Assembly (NCBI RefSeq): GCF_009914755.1
Contig: NC_060938.1
Origin: the human T2T-CHM13v2.0 reference genome, Homo sapiens
DNA: 64,000 nucleotides
Strand: one strand, 5' to 3'
The notes beneath the pieces are model-generated. The model worked only from the letters and a program-made list of their open reading frames with translations. It ran no database searches and was not told the DNA's origin. This document shows, one piece after another, positions 14,470-25,331 of this stretch (position 1 is the first letter of the stretch; every line of letters begins with the position of its first letter). The translations under genes and the position numbers were made by a program.

Positions 14470-14888
14470 TGATTGGACTCCGGTAAAGACTCCAAGATGG
14501 CGACCGGCAACCATCTTGGCTACCCTGACTCAGCATTCCCGGATTCGCCGGTTCCCGCCATCCCAGCGGCCATCTTGGCTACCCTGACTTGGCATTTTCG
14601 CCTGTTCCCGCCATCCCGACAGCCACCTCGGATACCCTGACTCAGCATTTCCGGGTTCACCTGTCTTCTTCCCGCAGCCCCAGTGAACGCGCATGCCCAC
14701 TAAAGCACGTCACTAAGGCAAGTCACTCACCCATATAAGCGCGCTGCACCTTTGGCACAGCGCGACTTCCCTGGCCCACTCCCTGCGGGCCAGTGAACCT
14801 CGCCCGAGAGCTCAATAAAGGAGATTTTTGTCCTCTTTGTCTCGCCTCTCGGCCCTACCTGTTCGCGGTACCCCTCCATTGCATTTCA
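14470..14888 (+). mobile_element. Complete ERV solo LTR (tentatively LTR21-like)
   Basis: TG...CA termini, perfect 5-bp TSD GTTAC (14465-14469, 14889-14893), TATA-like catataag at ~14733, AATAAA at ~14814; family name from memory only. Confidence 0.85.
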
Positions 14889-15864
14889 GTTACAATATTA
14901 CAAAACGTTAAAACATGCCAAACTAAACACAAAATAAAACAATAATTTATGTTTTTGCATATCCAAGCAGAAATTAAATATAGTTATAGCTTAAATTAAT
15001 AATTTATTAAATTAATAGTTTAATGTTGACAATAGACAAATTTAAAGTGGAAAAATACTGCAAAACCATATAATGCAGTTTAAAAACTATTAAACTAATC
15101 ACATTTTCTACGAATATAAATGTTCATGATTATTTTAACAAATGGATGGTAAATAATTTAAAATCTATATTTAATGTTTCTATATTTATTTTCATATTAC
15201 CCTACTTTTATTTTCAACATATTTCTTAATATTTGTAACAATTAGTGTTAACATTTTTCCCTCTAATGAGTTTTAAATACCTCAATAATGTGTAAGTACC
15301 TCAGTAAGATTCTATGTGTGTGTATGTAAATAGGAGGTGGTTCCAGAGGTCTCAAAAAAGAACAAACTTGGGCTTGATGTATACAGATATATATATATTT
15401 AGAGAGAGAGAGAGAAACTAGTCTGAAAGCCAAAGACCAGTTGTATAAAATCCATGGAAACTTCTTTGATTACTTTATTATAAAACTAGCCCTTTTAAAG
15501 GGGAGCTAATTTAAGGTACAAAACTTCTAAAAAGCATTTTGAGAACAAATCGCGTCTGAGGAGAATAAGTTGGATATGAAAATTTTGCTTAAATTTCATG
15601 TTTGAATTAATATATAATTTGGTATATGTATTATATATAATAGATAATATATATTATATATATATTTAATATGAGGGAAAATAAAAACATCAGTAGAATA
15701 TTTTAGGCATCTTCTCAAGGATTTTATCTCAGGAAGCTTTTATGAGCAGATTTTCTTGATTAAAAAGTAGTTTATTTTGAGAAACTGGGTTATCTGTACT
15801 ATACTTTAATGTGAAATTAATCATTCATTACATGATTTGAGATAGACTGACAGGGAATAGAAAT

Positions 15865-16066
15865 GTTATCTATGGAGTACCTACCTCTACTGGGTAGTTT
15901 ATATACAGGCAGTCATTAAAGCCTGTCAACCCTAAATATAAATATTCTAATTTCTATTTGATATGCATTATAACCTGAGGATTCAGGTGAGTTAAATGAT
16001 TTACACAAGTAACACAGTGAATCTCAGAACCATGATTCAAACCCAGGTTTGTTTTATTCCAAAACT
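15865..16066 (-). mobile_element. MIR
   Basis: acctgaggattcaggtgagttaaatgatttacacaagtaacacag...gattcaaacccagg. Confidence 0.75.
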
Positions 16067-16329
16067 TTGTTTAGTAATACCCTGGGCTGTATCTGGTACT
16101 GCAGTAAAAGACTTCATACAGATGTTTCACAAACTACCTCCCAAGGCAGTTAGAATGAATGTGGGAAAAATAAACCAAAAACTAAGTGCAACAGAGAAGC
16201 TATTATTGGAGTGAATAGGAGGTGGTTCCAGAGGTCTCACAAAAGAACACACCTGGGCTTTATAACAAATTGTAGTTGGTGAAATAAAAACAAGATCATA
16301 ATTTAACAACTAATTTGTTGGTCTATTAA

Positions 16330-16970
16330 CCTCTACTAGATGGTAAGCTCTATTGTGGGGGACAGAGGCCATGAAAATTATGGTTAGTCTTCTTTCTCTA
16401 GTGCCTGGTGCAGGGCACTGGCTATGACAAGGCTTTCATGCACGTCCCTGTGAAGAGACCACCAAACAGGCTTTGTGTGAGCAATAAAAGCTTTTAATCA
16501 CCTGGGTGCAGGCGGGCTGAGTCCGAAAAGAGAGTCAGCGAAGGGAGATAGGGGTGGGGCCGTTTTATAAGATTTGGGTAGGTAAAGGAAAATTACAGTC
16601 AAAGGGGTTTGTTCTCTGGCAGGCAGGAGTGGGGGGGTCGCAAGGTGCTCAGTGGGGGTGCTTTTTGAGCCAGGATGAGCCAGGAAAAGGACTTTCACAA
16701 GGTAATGTCATCACTTAAGGCAAGGACCGGCCATTTTCATGTCTTTTGTGGTGGAATATCATCAGTTAAGGCAAGGACCGGCCATTTACACTTCTTTTGT
16801 GGTGGAATGTCATCAGTTAAGGTGGGGCAGGGCATATTCACTTTTTTGTGATTCTTCAGTTACTTTAGGCCATCTGGGCGTATCCGTGCAAGTCACAGGG
16901 GATGCGATGGCTTGGCTTGGGCTCAGAGGCCTGACAAAGGCATTCAAAGAATTTACATGGAATGAACAAA
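16330..16970 (+). mobile_element. L2 3' end, split by the LTR7 insertion
   Basis: ctagatggtaagctc...ctagtgcctggtgcagggcactggc | attcaaagaatttacatggaatgaa. Confidence 0.65.
16434..16936 (-). mobile_element. HERV-H solo LTR (LTR7)
   Basis: minus-strand start TGTCAGGCCTCTGAGCCCAAGC and end ...GCATGAAA; perfect TSD AAGGC (16429-16433, 16937-16941). Confidence 0.96.
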
Positions 16971-17580
16971 ACTGCAAGCAGAGAAATAAAGGACACTGTG
17001 TGGAGAAAGAAGTTTGATGCTAACCAGTCACAGAAAGGATTCCCTTTCATTACAGAAGTCACAGCCACTAAGAGCTGAGATACAAATCCAAAAGAACTTT
17101 AACACCAAGCTAGCCAAAAGATTGCATTCAGTTACAGGACCAGGAATATACTATGGAAGCAAAAGATGAGTTAAAAAAGAACAGTAACTCAGTCTTCTCT
17201 CTAAACGGCTGTGATTTAAAGGGGAAAAGAAAAAGAACCAGTGAAGAGATTAAAAGGCAAATTACCTAATCATGTTTTAGAAATTTTTTAAAAAATGACT
17301 GTTCCAAAAGAAATTATCTGATTTCATGTAAATAAAACTTATCACACATCATTTATTTTAATAAAAAGGATCTTTAATAAAATAAATTAAAATTAATTCT
17401 TCCTTCTAAATCTATGGGGGCTTGTAAGAAAGTCCAACCATGTGGTTACAACAACATGAGAGTGTCTCATTACTGCCGACTTGTGGCCACCTGCCTGAAA
17501 TTCAAGGACAGAGTTTCAAGATGAATAATTAAGAAGCTGAATCTGCCTCAAACTTGAAGACAGATTCAGTTTTCTAATTT

Positions 17581-17882
17581 GGCGCTGGAAGCCATTATCC
17601 ATAGCAAAGCAATACAGGAACAGGAAACCAAATACCACATGTTCTCACTTATAAGTGGGAGTTAAATGATAAGAACACATGGACACAGAGGGAAACAACA
17701 TACACTGGAGCCTTTGGGAGGGTGGAAGGTGGGAGGAGGGAGAGGATCAGGAAAAATAACTAATGGATACTGGGCTTAATGCTTGGGTTGTGAAATAATC
17801 TGTACAATGAACCCCCATGACACAAGTTTACCTGTGTAACAAACCTGCACATATACTCGTGAACGTAAAATAAAAGTTAAAA
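17581..17882 (+). mobile_element. L1PA 3' fragment
   Basis: ctggaagccattatcc...catgttctcacttataagtgggag...aacaaacctgcaca. Confidence 0.92.
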
Positions 17883-18230
<348 letters not shown>

Positions 18231-18253
18231 CTAAAGCTAAGAAGCCAAATCTT

Positions 18254-18705
18254 TGTTATGTAATTGTACAGCAGATGCACTTGATAGCAATAACTCAAGC
18301 ATACCCTGAGAAGGTCCCTATGGTGTAAGAAGAAGGTTTGTTTGGAGTTCTGACCTAAGAAATTCAGGAGTGGCCAACCTGGAGATTCACTCCTTAAGGA
18401 TGGAGGACTTCTGAACCCCTCACCCATACCTTGGAACTCAGGCCATAAAGGGGACTGAGGACGTTTGTTTTGGGTAAAACGGAGGTTGCTAGCTAGAGAT
18501 TCCTAAATGAAAATGCTACATATCCTGTATGCTTTTTATAAACAGTAGCAGTTTTCCTGTCCAGCCCACCACTCCTGGCCTGAACTATATATAATTCCTC
18601 AATAAATGCTGTGTCTGATTCATTGGCTCAGGGTCTCTCCTTCTGCCTCTCAGACACGATGTCAGATATCATCCCTATTGGAGTTAATAGGGGTCCGGCA
18701 CGACA
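18254..18705 (+). mobile_element. ERVL solo LTR (LTR47-like)
   Basis: TG...CA termini; gcagatgcacttgatagcaataactcaagcataccctgagaa...ggagtggccaacctggagattca; AATAAA at 18601. Confidence 0.75.
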
Positions 18706-21375
18706 ATAGTTCTTAATCAGGCTTTTAACATAAGTATGTTGAAGAAATGAATTCCATAGACATTCAAACAGCTTATTACTTCTACCTAATATGATTTGGT
18801 GCGCCTACCTGAACTCCTAAATCAAGTCATAACAACAATTACTCTGATGTTTTATTTTTAAGATAATTGCTTTACGACTAGATTCATTTTAGAGAACAGT
18901 TTCACTATCTAGTGGAAATCTTTTTGAAATGCCATCTATACACACACATAAATTAAAAAAATATTTCTTTCAAAGGCTAAAGCTAGGTGTGAATAATTGT
19001 TCAATAGCATTATCAAAGATACAAAAAAGGAAAATATAAAATATAGTACCATGCTTATTCAATTTGGTATTCAAGGCTAAGAATGATTGAGGTGCCCCTG
19101 CTTCCCATATGTATTAACACAATTTGCCAGAAAGTCTACTTTTTATAAATTAAGTTGGCTTCATATTCCTGATGTAGGCTGCTAGTCATTCATACTTTAG
19201 CTTAAATTAGTCTGATATAATTTATTTTTTATTAAAAGCTCAATTAGATTTATCTACTATGACTCAATGGAGTTTTGATGAGAAGTAGAAATTGTAATAG
19301 CTTAGAATTCTTCTTTGGGTCAGATAGCCCTCGAGAGCATGATGCATTTTGGGGCCCTTGGATAACTAAATGGGAGCACCAGACAAATATGGGGAGTTAA
19401 CATCAAGGTATCAGCAAATAAGCAAGAAAAAAATATGAATGGAGATGAAAGATAAAATTTACTTCTAACTTTCAGTATTAAGAAATGTCCTTTCTCTACA
19501 GCAATGCTTATCTCTGAAGTAATTCCTTTCCTCTGAGCTCTCTCAAGTCTCTGCTGAGGACATAATCTCTGAAACACATTGTATTTGTGTTTCAAAAAAT
19601 TAGGTTCAAAAACCATTTTTCTTAGTAAAATAAATGTCTACTTCTGTCCAGTAATTTATTGGGTTCCCAGGGCTAGTTCCAGTTTTCATCAAGTAGACCT
19701 TGATCTTTTAGTTCACTATTATGATCTATAAAGGTTAAAATCTACAACAGAGATACAGAAAGAAAGGAAAGGAAATGTGTTTTATATAAATCAAGTTTAA
19801 AAAATCAAGAAACAAGAAAAAATATTTCTGTAACTCAAAAGAAGATTAAATACTAAATACATTTGGTTCTTTTTGTTCCAATGAGAAATCTGTTTACCTA
19901 TGTATGCCAGAAATATGCTGGGGTCTTCAACTCTGTATTGAAGTCAGTTGAAATATATATTTTGGTGAGATGTAGTTGCTAAAATACACTGTGTTCTAGG
20001 AGTTCAAGGTCAGTTGCAACATTGGAAACATGCTCCTAATATAAGCACATTTCGTTTTATATTTCAAAACTATGTAGATTAAAAAAATGTCAATGTTTGG
20101 ATTTCATTTCTTCTGTTTAACTCAGATTTGTTTTGAATGATATCCCTTCATTTCAGAAACTTGTATTTCCTTGCTTCTTCATACCAATTTCCAGTCTTGA
20201 ACTGTCAGATAACTTATATTACATTATATTAGTAAAAATAATCAAAGTAGAAATAACTCAATAGTGATTTCTCACCCAGGAAATTTGAAGGTAAGGTATT
20301 TCCAATTTACAATAAGCTTCTTCAGTTACATATAAAACAAATTTATGAATTAAAGTGATAACTTACCACATACTTTAATCCATGTAAATAAAATGCATAA
20401 GATGTGCAAACTAATTGTTAACGCCATTAAAAAAAACTAGATCATAACTTTTTTACTACCTTAAAGAGAAACTCAAATATTAAATAACAATATAAACAGA
20501 AACTCAGGTAATCTTTTGATATTCATCACTTTAACTGAAAAACATTCATATCTCCATTAATTACCTGAAATTAGCAAAATACTCTTTCTTTCCCCAAATC
20601 TTGGATTATTCTGGGAAGATAGGCAGACCAACACTTATCACCATTGGTCCTCAGAAAAATGAACTGGGAGAACAAGAAAATTGACATTATTTTAAAAGTG
20701 CTTTGACATAGGCAGTAAATCAGGGGACACATTAACGAAGTAAGGCAGATATACTATAGAGGTAAAGAGTTAAATCTAAATTATTTATGAAAAAAATTAC
20801 TTCTTTTTAAATGTTAATGTTTAAAAGAACCCTATTCTAGAAGGAACTTGTTTGAACTTTTAAAAGTATGCCAACCTTAGAGTGGCTAATAACAATAGTT
20901 TTATGAGCAAACTAGAAATTGTTCTTGCAAACATACTAGTTTTTGACCTGCTAGGGAATAAAATTTAAAGAAAAAAAAAAAACTTTGCTAGCTCTGACAT
21001 CCACTGGGAAATAATATGCTGGTCTCTCTCCCGAGGTCTTGCCGTTTTCTAGCAACAATCATGAAACAAAATAGAACCTTTCTTCTTCCTCTCTCTTTGC
21101 AAATTCTAATCAGCTTGTGTAGGAGGGAAAAGAGCAAATGCTGAACCGGGAGGGTGAAAGTTATCTGGTTTTAGCAGAGATTATTGAGATAAAATGAGGA
21201 AAGTAGAGGAAAGCACTTTCAAATATAATGCATGATACGCAGGAAGGCTACAGGAAACGGAAAGAAGTGTTTTCCTGGGCCTGGTAGGGCTTGAAACATG
21301 AAAGAACAATGAAAAGTTAAGCATTAAGCATTATTACTCCCAGCATTAAGGAAACGTGATTTCATCTTTCTCAAG

Positions 21376-21381
<6 letters not shown>

Positions 21382-21422
<41 letters not shown>

Positions 21423-21442
21423 CTGAAACACACACACACACA
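21382..21442. repeat. Interrupted (CA)n microsatellite (two blocks)
   Basis: read directly. Confidence 0.97.
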
Positions 21443-23634
21443 AATTCCAGTATATATTTGAACTTTGTTTTGTCCCAACCCTTGACTTCTTACAGCTAGG
21501 TCAGTGTGTCCCCTCCCTACCTCAGTCTGGACACCATAAAAAAGAAAACAAGTTATTCAGCCCAGCGATGCAAGGTCTTCGGGTTTCTCATTCAACATTT
21601 TATACTTTGATCCCTGAGGTAACGGAAAATCCTCATCGCCTAGACTTTCATTGGTTCCTATCAGCTCAGCTGGAAAGGGTGGCAAGTGGGACAATCCTGA
21701 AGAAAAAAGAGTCACCCCCACGTCCTAAAGTACTTGGAAGTGCTCGCTGGGATCTGCCTGTACTCCAGGTTGGTGCAACTCCACCGCCCTCCAGTGAAGT
21801 CCCAGAAGCGATCAAGTTTAAAGTGAAAGGGGGATGGAAGCATTTTTTCTCCCTATGCCTTCGGAGTCTGTGGCTTCAGTTTGCTGCAGGTTCTCTCCGT
21901 GGACTTCTCAGAAACCTCAACTTTCCACTTCGAGGGACAGAAAGCTACAAGGAAAACGCTGATGGTTTTGGTGGAGATTCTCCTGGACTTCAGTGGTGTC
22001 CTCTGGTACATCTGTCCGCGGTGTCCCTTTGGTTTATTTCTGTGGTCTTCCTACGCAGTCCCTCAGCGGCTCGGAGTTTGGCCTTCCGGCTCTCCAACTC
22101 AGATCCTGAGCCTCCTAAGCTCCCGCGGAGACCCTGAAGTCCCGGATCTGGCGCCGCTCGCCGACCTGGAGGGAGGCTGCACCGCTGAAGTGCAGTCTCG
22201 GAGCTGCGCTCCTCTGGAACAAAGCAGCCAGACGTGGCTTGAGTGGATTCCTAAGCCAAGGATTGGATCCGGAGTACCAGGGGCAGAGAAGGGGAGCAGA
22301 GGAAAGAAAGGAGATGTGAGGAGTTTCCACCTAAAGCACTTCACTCCTCGTGTTCTTCCCCGACAGAGATAGCTGTGTGGTTCTTCCTTACGCGTGGGTG
22401 CAGGTGTGCGCGCTTGGGGTGAGCCCATGGTTGTGCTCGAGTATACGGGCGCCTGTGCACCTCCAGGGCAATGGTAAAGCCTGGCAGAGCTCTTTTTGGA
22501 ACAAAATGAAGGAGCTCCATATCCACGGAGGCCACCCGTATGGGCCTTTGCCAAGTAGGGCAGAAGAAGCCCTTGTTAGCCAGCTTCCCTTTGCAACTTC
22601 CTACTCTTCCTTTGGGTACAGACTGGTGTCTGGGCTAGCTAGGATCACAGCTGAGAGCGAAGGTGCTCTCAGTGTCCGAAGACCACGTGCTGGTGAACCC
22701 ACAATGAGAAGCGAAAGGGTTTCAGGACTCTAGCAGAAAGGAAGAGCAAGATTTCACTCAGGGTTTCTTAGAAGAAAGAGTTAACTTTGCTCACTGGCTT
22801 TTCCAGGATGGAGGGAGTGGGGATAGGGTCGGGGAGAGAAGCATTGGGAGTCTTGTCGGAGTCTCAAGCAAAACCAGGCGAGGGCTCCGGGCAGATCCAT
22901 TCCCGCAGGGCCCTGTCTAACCTCCTTTCCAGTCGCACCTCTTTCCTGCTTTAGACCCTGCGTCTGTGCCGGTGACCTTAGAGACTAGGTCTGGCTTATG
23001 AAGACTGTTGGGCTCCCTTTCTGCCCTTCACATAGTAAAATGTGACCAACTGCAGTATTCGTAATGTCTGATGCTGAGCTGAGTTGATTCCCAAATATAA
23101 ATGTTCTTTTCAGAATCCGCTCCCATCTGATTAGTAAGCAAATCACCACCCACAACTAAGGGGACAGCGGAAGCCAGCCTCAGATGACTGAAACCCCCAA
23201 GTCAGTAGCTCTCCTCAAAATTTCCGGCGGGTTATTATAGATAATGACTTTTCCCACCGCCCTAAGCAGCCGAAGCTTGACTCAGTGATGATTCTCTCTA
23301 TCCCGTAACTGCGAGGAAGTGGGCGATCAGCAAATTGCCCTTTTGCAGGAGGCTGGGGACGCCCCTGGAAGTTCGCTTTCATTCTCCAGGTTTTCTGCCT
23401 TTTCCCTTCCCCCTTCCTGCAACGCCCCCGCGCCTCCTCAGCCTGGGGATTTCCTGGCGCTTCGCCGGCCCTCTCCGCACCCCCCTGATAAATCGGTTCA
23501 GAACCAGTCTGGCTGTGAGGCCCGAGGGCTGACAGCAGCGGAGCGGCCCCGGCCGGGGTCTCACGGACTCTCGGGGTCTGGCCGACACGGCCGCTCCCGT
23601 CACTGCAGCGCGGGCTGAGCTCACGGCCGCGCGC

Positions 23635-23660
23635 CCGCCGCCGCCGCCGCCGCCGCCGCC
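23635..23660. repeat. (CCG)8CC trinucleotide repeat near the TSS
   Basis: read directly. Confidence 0.97.
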
Positions 23661-25331
23661 TTCATGCTGCAGCGCAGGGCTCAGTTCCACGCGGCCAGGA
23701 GGCCGCCGTTGCCCACACGCGACGCTTTGGGAAGCCCAGCTCCCGGGTCCGCCCCGGCCGCGGCCGCAGCCCCGGACCTCGGCTGCTTGCCTCGCGCCTG
23801 AACTGCGGACTCGCCCCAGCGCGGTGGCCAGCGGGCGGGGCGCTGTGTTCCGCGGCGCGCAGGGAGGCGGTGAGCGTGTGCAGAGCTGCCCGAACGGAGG
23901 ACTGTGTATGTGTGTGCGCGTGTTTGCGTGTGTTTGAGCGTGTTTTTCCTTCTTCCCTTGAGGATGTGAATTGTTTAGCAGCTGGCTGCTCCCTTAGGAT
24001 TCTTGACTTTGGGGAGCTCTGGCTGTGAACACAGCCCACCCATATAATCCATTTTGCACGGTCCGTTATATCAGAAAAAAAAGCGCAACTGGACGGGGGT
24101 GGGGCAGACCAACGAAACCTAGACAGACACACACACACTCAGAGGAGAGAGGAAGAATTGAAAGACTTGAGAAGACTTTGATAACCTCCCTGCTGGCCCT
24201 TCTGTTTTCCGGAAAGATCCTGGATGTTGGCTACCTTTTCAAGTCATCTTGGCATGTCTCTAGTGTTTTGTAAGCCGCTTTCCAGCTAGCTGCGTGTGTG
24301 TGTGCGCGCGTGTGTGTACGCGCGCGCCTATCTGATGCATTTGACTGTCTTTTATCCAACTGCCCAGAAGCAAATGTGTTAACTCGGCGATGCCCCTTCA
24401 TGCCCGGGTTCTTGCAGAGCTCTGAGGACGCCCAGACCCATTTTCCTGGCTGGATTTGGAGCGGCTGCTGGGCTGTGGACCCAGGTGTGTGGATCGCTTT
24501 ACCCAGAAGCTTGGAAAGCGCCAATATTAACCTGCTTCCAGGTACATCACAAGGTCAAGAGAGTGTCTTGCAGCCCTCTTGTTTCCGTGTATCTACACCT
24601 TCTTCTCTTGGCCAGAAGGATATTTACGTTTTGGTTCACAGCATTTGAAGCCAAAAGTTCAGCCCTTCGAACTGGTTTGCTATACAAAACAAAACAAAAC
24701 AAATAAGGTAATGAGGATTGCTTATTAAACTGCTTAACAAAATCCCCGACTCTTCCTCAGCCCTTTCTCGGCTCCCTCCTCCCCACCAAAATGTCACCAG
24801 CTCTTGAATTACGTGGATTCGGGTTGGAGGAGAACTTGAAGGAAACGTGATTAGAGGGCTATGCGAGAACGCTCTCTTTGCTGCCCGCGGTCCGGTGGGC
24901 TTCGAAGCCAATCGTGAGAAGGACCGGTTCCCTCCGTGCTGCTTCCTCCCCGTGCAGTGCTGGGTGTGCGTGTGCGAGTGTGAGTGCAAGTGCGCGCGCG
25001 CCCGGGTGCGAGTGTGTGTGAGTGTGAGCGTGTGTCTGTGTGTGCGTGCGCGGCCGCCCTGCCTCTGCCCGCTCCCCGGGCGCGGAGCCGCGGGTTTCAT
25101 GGGGCGATTGCAGCGATTCCCCCACCCAGAGCGACCTGCGGGCAGCGGCGGCAGTGGCAGGAGCCGCCTTTCCGATTCCCTACGATGCGGGTGCTGAGCT
25201 ATGGCAAAGGGCAGCGAAGTGACGAGCGAGACCCGCGTACGACTGTGAAAGCCACCTGGAGCCACCTTGCCGGGATTGTACCTGCAGGCAGAAAGTCTTC
25301 CTACGACCGTCTTTTCCCTTAGAGGCACCAG
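23645..25331 (+). other. LRFN5: Non-coding first exon (5' UTR), probably LRFN5/SALM5; start approximate; intron 1 runs to the window end
   Basis: CpG island ending at donor CAG|GTAACA (GT at 25332); the exon end ...cccttagaggcaccag matches my recollection of the LRFN5 5' UTR; not verified by alignment. Confidence 0.65.

Noticed and set aside
14511-14663. Spaced repeats superficially resembling a CRISPR array (also 16704-16820)
   Set aside because: Tandem U3 enhancer repeats inside retroviral LTRs in eukaryotic DNA; no unique spacers or cas genes
22008-22027. REST/RE1-like site (minus strand CACCGCGGACAG); a half-site also at ~25190
   Set aside because: The TCAG left half and 3' GCC are missing; too weak to call without ChIP data
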